A DNA stretch of 64,000 nucleotides from an uncultured virus (IMG/VR IMGVR_UViG_3300025648_000023). Taxonomy: Duplodnaviria > Heunggongvirae > Uroviricota > Caudoviricetes. The stretch's first letter is position 1; every line of letters starts with the position of its first letter. Position numbers and translations under genes: made by a program. The notes below the pieces were generated by a model. The model was not told where the DNA came from, searched no databases, and saw nothing but the letters and a program-made list of their open reading frames with translations. The stretch lies in IMG/VR virus record IMGVR_UViG_3300025648_000023. One strand, given 5' to 3'. This document shows positions 57,353 to 64,000 of the stretch, piece by piece.

Positions 57353-57469
57353 TTATTCTATTATTGTACATATAATCAAGCACCCCACTACTAACATCCA
57401 CCAATTATTCAACCGACCTGCAAAGTAGATGAGAGTGCAGCCGATAACGAATTTAAGAAGTTGTTTCAT
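57353..57469 (-). CDS. small membrane peptide, 38 aa (not in ORF track)
   Basis: MKQLLKFVIGCTLIYFAGRLNNWWMLVVGCLIICTIIE fills the operon gap. Confidence 0.5.
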   Translation of the reverse strand: MKQLLKFVIGCTLIYFAGRLNNWWMLVVGCLIICTIIE

Positions 57470-57734
57470 TGTAATATTTTTCCGCTTGTTCTAAAAATCT
57501 TTTATCTAACATTCTCATTTGATGGCTTTCACAATTACCATTATATCCTACTGCCGAAAGATACGCATCTACTATCTGCTTCTTTTCAATTTCCTTCGTA
57601 TTAAAAGCCCATTGCTTGCAATTAATATAAGCATCTTGCAATCCCCTTGCGGATAGGCTTAAATTATCATCATCATGGAAACTATCTAACTGTTGTTCTA
57701 TACGTTCTATCAATTGCTGTACTGCTGTTTTCAT
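57453..57734 (-). CDS. hypothetical phage protein (KTAV...EKxQIxDAY...YYNET type)
   Basis: Recurrent small-gene motif in Bacteroidota phages. Confidence 0.7.
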   Translation of the reverse strand: MKTAVQQLIERIEQQLDSFHDDDNLSLSARGLQDAYINCKQWAFNTKEIEKKQIVDAYLSAVGYNGNCESHQMRMLDKRFLEQAEKYYNETTS

Positions 57735-57735
57735 T

Positions 57736-57924
57736 TTACATTTGTTTTAAGTGTTCTAAAATAGCCCTATAATCTTCTCCAAAATAGCCAATTTCATCTA
57801 ATGCCTCTATTATTGCCTCTACTTCTGTGATAGCGCATTTTACACAATCCATAAAGCAGCAGCAGGACGGTAGTACTTTTGAATACTTTAGTATTATTTC
57901 GTTTGTTTGTTCCATGCGTAACAT
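57736..57924 (-). CDS. hypothetical protein
   Basis: 62 aa, packed in the operon. Confidence 0.5.
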   Translation of the reverse strand: MLRMEQTNEIILKYSKVLPSCCCFMDCVKCAITEVEAIIEALDEIGYFGEDYRAILEHLKQM

Positions 57925-58169
57925 TTATAATAATCTTTAAAATGGTTGTAAATTTTAGTCCTTCTATTCTTTCGCCAATGCCTACCCTTAACTACTCGTT
58001 TAAGGCGGTGTTTATATTTTATACATTTTAGGTTGCCATTATTCAAACTTCTTAATTGTCTAGTAATTATTTTAAGTTCTGCCAATATAGAATCTAATAA
58101 CCTATCGCCAAAAAAATCTATATACGTTTTCATTTTAACCTTAACTTCTTTAAGGTTCTTATTAGTCAT
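57894..58169 (-). CDS. basic hypothetical protein
   Basis: 91 aa, packed in the operon. Confidence 0.55.
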   Translation of the reverse strand: MTNKNLKEVKVKMKTYIDFFGDRLLDSILAELKIITRQLRSLNNGNLKCIKYKHRLKRVVKGRHWRKNRRTKIYNHFKDYYKCYAWNKQTK

Positions 58170-58171
58170 TG

Positions 58172-58573
58172 TTATTTTTTAAAATAGTTATTAATTTCTT
58201 TTATTTCACTATCAGAAAGATATGTAGGCATGCCTTGCTTTTTAATTTGTTCCCATTCTGTTTTAGTTAACCCCATACTTGACACAAGCCCAACTACATC
58301 AGTATTATTTCTTTTGCCGTGATAAAATCCAACAAATTGTTGAAGTGCTAAATCAATACCATTATAATGCTTACTATTATCTTTATATTTAACATTATCT
58401 TCATTTAGTACCCCTAATTTAACTTCTTCAATTACTTTATAAAGACTACAATCACATTCTATCACAGAACATTTAACACTATTGTCAAAGTCAGTTTTTG
58501 CTTCTGATAAATTATCAAACTCTTTAACACTACCGTCAAGCCAATCTCTTACTATGTATCTTTCTGCACTCAT
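58172..58573 (-). CDS. hypothetical protein
   Basis: 133 aa, packed in the operon. Confidence 0.65.
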   Translation of the reverse strand: MSAERYIVRDWLDGSVKEFDNLSEAKTDFDNSVKCSVIECDCSLYKVIEEVKLGVLNEDNVKYKDNSKHYNGIDLALQQFVGFYHGKRNNTDVVGLVSSMGLTKTEWEQIKKQGMPTYLSDSEIKEINNYFKK

Positions 58574-58952
58574 TTTTTACTTCAATTTCTTTACCTGTTA
58601 ATAATCGTATTAGTTGCTGGAGTTGGTGGAGGTATTGGAAAGTACAAACTAATTGAAATTGCTCGTGTGAATACTCGTAAGTATAAATGTATAATAAACC
58701 ATCATCTTCAAAAATAGCAACTAAATCAGTATCTCTGTCAATATTGTAATAACCATCTAAAAAACCGTATCTAGTACCTCTATTTTCATTTTTAGAAATG
58801 CTTTCGATATTCTCCATCACTTTGAGTGAAAGGGGGATAGGTTTATGTTTAATAGAGCCTTTAACTATTGCTTGTAAATACATAATGTCTACCCTTATAC
58901 GTTCTTCTTTTACCATCACCCAGTCCCCTACCATTAAATTTAAGTTGCTCAT
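58536..58952 (-). CDS. hypothetical phage protein (LMVGDWV...PIPL...YLHQLQ type)
   Basis: Recurrent small-gene motif in Bacteroidota phages. Confidence 0.7.
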   Translation of the reverse strand: MSNLNLMVGDWVMVKEERIRVDIMYLQAIVKGSIKHKPIPLSLKVMENIESISKNENRGTRYGFLDGYYNIDRDTDLVAIFEDDGLLYIYTYEYSHEQFQLVCTFQYLHQLQQLIRLLTGKEIEVKNECRKIHSKRLA

Positions 58953-58953
58953 A

Positions 58954-59280
58954 CTATTTATTTTTAAGTGTTATTGGTTGTGAAGAATATTCTTCCAAAT
59001 CGTGTTGTTGGCAAGTTGTAGATGTAGTATTTTCTAAAGAACGCTGATAGCTTTTACTCCAAGCGTCCTCCAATATCGGAGTGAGAGGGAAGGAGTTAGA
59101 TTTGACAGTGTTAAATACAATTTGCATTCCTTTATACTTATAATATTCACTATCTTTCAATAGCTTATTATCTTCATAATTAGATACTATTGTATTTACA
59201 CTTTCAACTCCTATTTCCAACCAATCCATATCAACTACTATCAAGTTTTCGGAAAGTTGGGTGTGTGGTGTGTTATTCAT
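58954..59280 (-). CDS. hypothetical protein
   Basis: 108 aa, packed in the operon. Confidence 0.6.
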   Translation of the reverse strand: MNNTPHTQLSENLIVVDMDWLEIGVESVNTIVSNYEDNKLLKDSEYYKYKGMQIVFNTVKSNSFPLTPILEDAWSKSYQRSLENTTSTTCQQHDLEEYSSQPITLKNK

Positions 59281-59806
59281 AACTAGGTATTAAAGTTTCC
59301 CATAAATAATTGTTTCCATCGTGTTCAACTGTGATTGTGTGAGGGTGAATAGGGGGAATGAGTGAGGAGATAAGATAGTCTTTATCAAACATAGGTTCAT
59401 CGTCTTCTATTCCACTTTTCATTAATCTTGCCCTACTTATTAATAGTTCCAACTCCTCCCTTGTCAAATGAAACTCAACACCTCTAGCTTTAAGACCTGC
59501 GAGGAAGCCCTCACGTTTAGCATATTGATAACTATTAATCCTTGCGTTTTCATTTATAAATATCTCATCTAACCCACCATTATCTATTACTTCAACTAGA
59601 GTGTACTTCTCCTCTGCCAATTCCTCATCAGTCTTTGGCTTGCGAATAAGGGTGGAGGGGAGGATATATAAAGGTAAATCAATTTTACTTCTATCTGTGC
59701 TTGCTAACGGTAATGTGGTTTTATCTTTCCCGTCAAAATGAAGATTAATATTGTTATTCTCTATTCTAAGTGTACCATCCTCCACACTAAATATCTTTGT
59801 TTGCAT
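59273..59806 (-). CDS. hypothetical protein
   Basis: 177 aa, packed in the operon. Confidence 0.65.
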   Translation of the reverse strand: MQTKIFSVEDGTLRIENNNINLHFDGKDKTTLPLASTDRSKIDLPLYILPSTLIRKPKTDEELAEEKYTLVEVIDNGGLDEIFINENARINSYQYAKREGFLAGLKARGVEFHLTREELELLISRARLMKSGIEDDEPMFDKDYLISSLIPPIHPHTITVEHDGNNYLWETLIPSYE

Positions 59807-59808
59807 TA

Positions 59809-60156
59809 TTAGTTAATTTTAAATCTTAAAATAGTTACTATCTCTCTAGGTGAAAAATCCTTATAAATATTTTCCATAGCTATTAATAAACCATCAAAAA
59901 ATCGTGCTGAAATATTATAATTATCTATGTAATCAGTATCTCGTAAATCATCAAACTTGTAATGATTTTGTGAAACTATTGTAGCTGTGCAAGTGGGGTC
60001 AATTCTAATAGGTGTATCAACTAACTTATAATTATCTTTAGTCCAGATAACCATAGGTTTATTTTTGTCATACAGTCTCGCACCTCTAAGGCATACTGAA
60101 TAAACTTGTTAACTATTAAAAGTGACATCATCTTTAAATGTTAGAATGTTTTCCAT
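59809..60156 (-). pseudogene. hypothetical gene interrupted by an in-frame TAA at 60109-60111
   Basis: ATG 60156 gives MENILTFKDDVTFNS*QVYSVCLRG..., in frame with the 81-aa ORF 59809-60054. Confidence 0.5.
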
Positions 60157-60484
60157 TTGCTTGTTGTTTTAATTGATTAATAAATATTATGCAGTTGTAT
60201 AGGGCTGTAAGGATCTCGAAGGGGGTGCCATATAAAAAACGAGCTGTGATAATTGTAAATAAATGTGTAGGTAATGACTTCTCTATTTCTTCTTCCTCCC
60301 TCACCTTCTCCCATACTTCGTGAAGCCAATCACAAGAAGGAATATGCCTATGAAAAATAGTATCACCATTATGTAACTCAGAGTATGTATCACCATACAT
60401 ATTTTTACTTATCTCTAATCCCATATACTTCGCCACTACTTCGCTCATTTCAGCGATTGTGGGGGTTTCTTTATTCTGTTTCAT
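60134..60484 (-). CDS. hypothetical phage protein
   Basis: VAKYMG...SCDWLHEVWEKV motif. Confidence 0.65.
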   Translation of the reverse strand: MKQNKETPTIAEMSEVVAKYMGLEISKNMYGDTYSELHNGDTIFHRHIPSCDWLHEVWEKVREEEEIEKSLPTHLFTIITARFLYGTPFEILTALYNCIIFINQLKQQANGKHSNI

Positions 60485-60671
60485 TGATTAATTTTTTAAT
60501 ATCCAAATATCTATTCCATACGAATATTTGAGTTTCTGAATTTATTTCTATTTGCGCTGATAAAGGTTTCTGTCCACAACAAGAACATATAAACATATCA
60601 TCATTAATTATCTTCCCGATAACACCTTTAAATTGTCCTTTTAATATTTCTACTTCATCGCCGTTATTCAT
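60471..60671 (-). CDS. small KOW-like protein with CxCC
   Basis: GDEVEILKGQFKGVIGKI is a KOW-like motif. Confidence 0.55.
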   Translation of the reverse strand: MNNGDEVEILKGQFKGVIGKIINDDMFICSCCGQKPLSAQIEINSETQIFVWNRYLDIKKLINETE

Positions 60672-60909
60672 TGATTAGTTTTTTAGCGTTAGATAATGCT
60701 GTTTGTATTTCTTCACACTTGATACCATTGTTTATTTGCTCTTGTGCAAAACCCTCTAGTAATTTAACCAACTCCCTATGGCTTTCCTCTAGTGGGGTAT
60801 AGTAGGTTTCGAATAGTTGCCTACAAGCTAGAACCATAGCACCTCTATCACTACCCTTAAACTGGGTAAAAGTGTCTTGTATTACTTGTTCAATTTGTTC
60901 TTTTGTCAT
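60664..60909 (-). CDS. hypothetical protein
   Basis: 81 aa with coupled overlaps. Confidence 0.6.
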   Translation of the reverse strand: MTKEQIEQVIQDTFTQFKGSDRGAMVLACRQLFETYYTPLEESHRELVKLLEGFAQEQINNGIKCEEIQTALSNAKKLINE

Positions 60910-61103
60910 TTCTTTTGTTTTAAAAGTTTAGTAACTTGTTCTTGATAACCTTCGCTTATGTTAGTACAAAGTTTCACCAATAACTTAAAATACTTTTGTT
61001 CTGTTTCGGACAAATCATCGTAGTGGTTATTGTCCATTTTTTCAAGACTATCTTTCAAGTCGGCGTATGTATTTTCAAACATACAATGGTTCATGTTAGA
61101 CAT
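60906..61103 (-). CDS. hypothetical phage protein (MSNMxxCxFENT type)
   Basis: MSNMNHCMFENTYADL motif. Confidence 0.7.
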   Translation of the reverse strand: MSNMNHCMFENTYADLKDSLEKMDNNHYDDLSETEQKYFKLLVKLCTNISEGYQEQVTKLLKQKK

Positions 61104-61278
61104 TTTTCAATACTTTTTTAGTGTTATAAATCCCCTCTCTTAAATAAGTCTTATGCTTATCACTACGGGGGTGTTTCATTAATCTTTTATACCTATCCAG
61201 TTGCATCTGCATCAGTGCTTCGCTAGTTGGTATCCCGTCACACCTTGCGATGAAGGTGTAGATAGATTCGGGGGTCAT
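61096..61278 (-). CDS. hypothetical protein
   Basis: 60 aa. Confidence 0.55.
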   Translation of the reverse strand: MTPESIYTFIARCDGIPTSEALMQMQLDRYKRLMKHPRSDKHKTYLREGIYNTKKVLKNV

Positions 61279-61281
61279 AAA

Positions 61282-61575
61282 TTAACAAGGCTTAATTAAG
61301 TTCCACAATTCTAGTTTAGCTTCGAGTATTTCGGACGGGGTGGCGTGAAGTAGTTGTTGCTCTAATATAAATGCTTTTCTACCTTCACTATCTAATCGTC
61401 TATACCTAAAGTCATTACCATCGAAAACATCAAGCCATAAGCGTTTTCTAGGGTCTTTATATCTAACTTGTACTTCATACCAATATGGGATATTACTGTA
61501 CCAATTAGTACCTAACTTTATTTCTATTCGAACTTTCTTTCCATCTTCTCGTTTAATTACTTTCTCGTGTCTCAT
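61282..61575 (-). CDS. hypothetical protein
   Basis: 97 aa. Confidence 0.65.
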   Translation of the reverse strand: MRHEKVIKREDGKKVRIEIKLGTNWYSNIPYWYEVQVRYKDPRKRLWLDVFDGNDFRYRRLDSEGRKAFILEQQLLHATPSEILEAKLELWNLIKPC

Positions 61576-61596
61576 TTTTTTTAGTTTTACTTGTGA

Positions 61597-61866
61597 TTAA
61601 ATATTACCTTCTGCTTTGGCGAGTATTTTCCTTACATTATATAATAATACTTCAAAATCACTATTACCCCTTAATGGTTCAATTTTTTCAATCTGATATA
61701 ATAGTTCATACATATCAGGCGCACTTGCTATTAATTGGGCGTTAGCTTGTCTATCAACCTCATTAAAGCCATGAACATCAGCTATTAATAACTCGTCAGT
61801 AGCCACTTTATATGACTTACCTAACATTTCTACTTTCCATTCCCCTTATGTGTGATTACTTTTCAT
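61597..61866 (-). pseudogene. HTxGxW...ANAxLIAxAP family gene with in-frame TAA at codon 7
   Basis: ATG 61866 gives MKSNHT*GEWKVEMLG...ANAQLIASAPDMYELL; the TAA is at 61846-61848. Confidence 0.65.
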
Positions 61867-61892
61867 TTTTTCTATTTTTTAATTTGATACAG

Positions 61893-61999
61893 CAAAAGTA
61901 AGGGTATTTATTGAAACTATTAAATAAATATTGTTAAAGTTTTAAAATAAAATTTAACAAATAAAATTATTGCTATTCCAAATTATACCTATATATTTG
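61893..61999. promoter_or_regulatory. divergent promoter region
   Basis: TACTTTTG (-, 61893-61900) and TATATTTG (+, 61992-61999), with inverted repeat TTGTTAAA/TTTAACAA at 61931-61960. Confidence 0.65.
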
Positions 62000-62023
62000 C
62001 ATCAGATTAAAAATGAAATAAAA

Positions 62024-62209
62024 ATGAAAGGTAAAGATTTAATAGTAGGCTCTATAATAGAAGCATTAAATGGAGTTAAAATCTGGGAAAGAAAAACAAT
62101 CACACGGGTTAGTGATAAATATGTATGGTTTAATAATAGCGGCTACGCAAGAATAGCTAAAACCACATTTGACAATTACCCACAATTATATAGAATTATC
62201 TCACTTTAA
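62024..62209 (+). CDS. hypothetical protein
   Basis: ATG 62024 lies downstream of the promoter; the TTG in the track is upstream of the promoter. Confidence 0.6.
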   Translation: MKGKDLIVGSIIEALNGVKIWERKTITRVSDKYVWFNNSGYARIAKTTFDNYPQLYRIISL

Positions 62210-62224
62210 TTAAACACTAATAAT

Positions 62225-62479
62225 ATGATAGCAGGAGAACAATTAGATTTAGCCAATAGTAAATTGGTAGCATTAAAGCCCAAAGTAAAACTTTGTGACA
62301 TTGAATACCTTACAAAGCGTGGCGAATTAGGAAAGCCTAAAGTTTGTAGTAACCCCACATACTATAAGTATATCAATGGGAACGGTACAAACGAAAACTT
62401 GGCACAAGTTATTTACCGGGAACTTTCAAAAGTTATGAAGGCTCGTGGCGTTGATGTAGACGCATTACTTAACAATTAA
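62225..62479 (+). CDS. putative HTH-like regulator
   Basis: CSNPTYYKYING resembles a recognition helix. Confidence 0.4.
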   Translation: MIAGEQLDLANSKLVALKPKVKLCDIEYLTKRGELGKPKVCSNPTYYKYINGNGTNENLAQVIYRELSKVMKARGVDVDALLNN

Positions 62480-62490
62480 ACCCCTTAACA

Positions 62491-62784
62491 ATGAACGACT
62501 TAATAGAAAAGTTAGACCCTGAAATTGATTGCGACAAAGAAGGGTGTGGTTACACAGAAAAAACTAAATATGAATTACTAAAGGAATTTATTAATAAACG
62601 TTGCCCTAAATGTGGCAGTAATTTATTAACGTTAGATGATTATTTGGATATGGTACAAGTAGTTGATTTTGTAGATAATCTAAATACATTACTATCCCCT
62701 CTAATAAAAGACGAACCCGAAACAGACGAGGGAACAGTTATTTATGTTAAAATGCACAATGGTAAAAATATTGCTAACAATTAA
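62491..62784 (+). CDS. Zn-ribbon protein
   Basis: CDKEGCGY...CPKCGSNLLT. Confidence 0.65.
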   Translation: MNDLIEKLDPEIDCDKEGCGYTEKTKYELLKEFINKRCPKCGSNLLTLDDYLDMVQVVDFVDNLNTLLSPLIKDEPETDEGTVIYVKMHNGKNIANN

Positions 62785-62795
62785 ACTAAACAAAA

Positions 62796-63488
62796 ATGAA
62801 AAAAGTAGATTTCACAATTAAGGGGGCTAGGTTGCCCGTGATACCGAAGGGGACGGCGTATAATGTCACGAACACAAATGAACACTATTTAGGATTACAA
62901 AAGAGGAATGAAGATTTAGTTTCTTTCGGGAAACATATTAATACCGAAATACTTGCAGAAAAAAAAGAATATAGGGGGGCTCTTTTATATATCTTCAAGT
63001 TGTCAGACATCGAACGCCTAGCAGAAGAACAGGGTATGTTGTATGAAAAGGAAACTGAAAGAGATTGGACTGGGGTGAAGTTTAGATGCAAAGGAGAAGT
63101 ATTTGTTTGGGAGTTAAAGAAGCAAAGTGAAGGATATGGGATAGTTGGCGTTTCGTTACCTTCAATAATTTCTGTTGATAAAATAGTGTCAAACTTCGCA
63201 GATGGAACTTGGGTAGAAGTAAAGGAAGAAAGCGAAGAAGATAAGCGTACTAGAATGGCTGAAACGCTTACTGAAAATATATTTGGCAAGGATGCTTTAA
63301 CCCCCTCCCTTCGTGACCTATTAGAAGATGCTTTCGCCCACGAAAGAAATATCCGTAAGGGTTGCCCTATGTGGAAAGGTGTAGACGAAAATGAAAGATT
63401 GGAACAGGTGAAACAAGAATGGAGTAAGTTAAGGGAAGTGGTAAAGCAATTAGATAATATATTAAATGATAAGAAATGGAATGGATAA
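62796..63488 (+). CDS. hypothetical protein
   Basis: 230-aa ORF in the rightward operon. Confidence 0.65.
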   Translation: MKKVDFTIKGARLPVIPKGTAYNVTNTNEHYLGLQKRNEDLVSFGKHINTEILAEKKEYRGALLYIFKLSDIERLAEEQGMLYEKETERDWTGVKFRCKGEVFVWELKKQSEGYGIVGVSLPSIISVDKIVSNFADGTWVEVKEESEEDKRTRMAETLTENIFGKDALTPSLRDLLEDAFAHERNIRKGCPMWKGVDENERLEQVKQEWSKLREVVKQLDNILNDKKWNG

Positions 63489-63733
63489 GTGTAAAAGATA
63501 AGTTGCCAGATGATAAGCGGAAAAAATGGGGAGTAAGAGTTTATTGCTATTATCTTAATTACCAAACAGATAAACGAAAGTTTTATAATCAGGATATTTT
63601 ATCATTTAAAAATGGCATTTTTTTCTATGGATTAAATTGCGTAAAAGAAGTTTACTATTGGATGCCTTTACTAAAAACACCTAAAATTAGAAGAAATGAA
63701 AGAACTACAAGCACACGACAAGCTAAAAGATAG
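63476..63733 (+). CDS. DUF551-like protein
   Basis: MEWISVKDKLP...VYYWMPL. Confidence 0.7.
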   Translation: MEWISVKDKLPDDKRKKWGVRVYCYYLNYQTDKRKFYNQDILSFKNGIFFYGLNCVKEVYYWMPLLKTPKIRRNERTTSTRQAKR

Positions 63734-64000
63734 GATACAGATTACTGCTAAGAAAAATAATCAGCAAGAAACTGAATTACTATTAACGGGAACGCTTGCC
63801 CCAAAATCAGGGCATAAACTTTGGGAAATACACGAGGCAACTATGGTAATCAAAGAAGCTAAATTTAACTCTAATAAAGACATTAGTTTTCATAAGGCAG
63901 CCCGTAAAGATTATAGTGGTATTAATGACTTAATAAAAAATGATGGATGTGTTTATATCCCTTCATTGAATAAGCAGAACGCACTAAGGCTTTATAGACA
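63696..64000 (+). CDS. hypothetical protein, truncated by window end
   Basis: MKELQAHDK...GHKLWEI...CVYIPSLNKQNA, open to the window edge. Confidence 0.6.
   Translation, partial: MKELQAHDKLKDRIQITAKKNNQQETELLLTGTLAPKSGHKLWEIHEATMVIKEAKFNSNKDISFHKAARKDYSGINDLIKNDGCVYIPSLNKQNALRLYR

Noticed and set aside
62885..63565. 226-aa minus-strand ORF and other antisense ORFs in the track (e.g. 15284-15817, 16937-17443, 37243-37824)
   Set aside because: They are Ser/Phe/Leu-rich shadows of K/E-rich sense genes, with no promoter, leader or motifs.
1..64000. Stop-codon reassignment as in some crAss-like phages
   Set aside because: Long genes are intact under code 11, and TAA, TAG and TGA all end genes at tight junctions.
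1..64000. Prophage boundary or host chromosomal genes
   Set aside because: No integrase, att-like junction or housekeeping synteny; groEL/groES are divergent and embedded in phage operons.

Overview
This is a 64 kb, AT-rich (about one-third GC by eye) segment of a tailed dsDNA phage that infects a Bacteroidota host. The host call rests on TAnnTTTG -7 promoter elements, A-rich leaders without Shine-Dalgarno motifs, and signal peptides followed by Gln. The window holds a podovirus-type virion module related to the crAss-like one: terminase, portal, scaffold, major capsid, ring and muzzle proteins, and three cargo/ejection proteins including a 2945-aa giant. It also holds a GroES/GroEL chaperonin plus a second GroES-like gene, a sugar methyltransferase/glycosyltransferase cassette, an HNH-fused HExxE protein beside an ATP-grasp ligase, and a lysis module. 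A secreted nuclease and a leftward operon of small accessory genes follow. I see no integrase, replication polymerase, virion RNA polymerase motif, tRNA or CRISPR array. Most notable observations: (1) four consecutive tail-fibre-like genes all carry Sec signal peptides and are rich in the Bacteroidota O-glycosylation motif, which suggests exported, glycosylated virion appendages; (2) lysine-rich histone-like micro-ORFs are nested out of frame inside the giant cargo gene, which also has an A9 slippery site opening a -1 frame; (3) an HNH insertion left an orphan N-terminus and supplies a recoded copy of it; (4) exact 18-nt repeats delimit stacked small genes; (5) a promoter- and terminator-bounded ~80-nt small RNA is divergent from the nuclease. 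All functional calls come from motif recognition by eye; no database searches were run.
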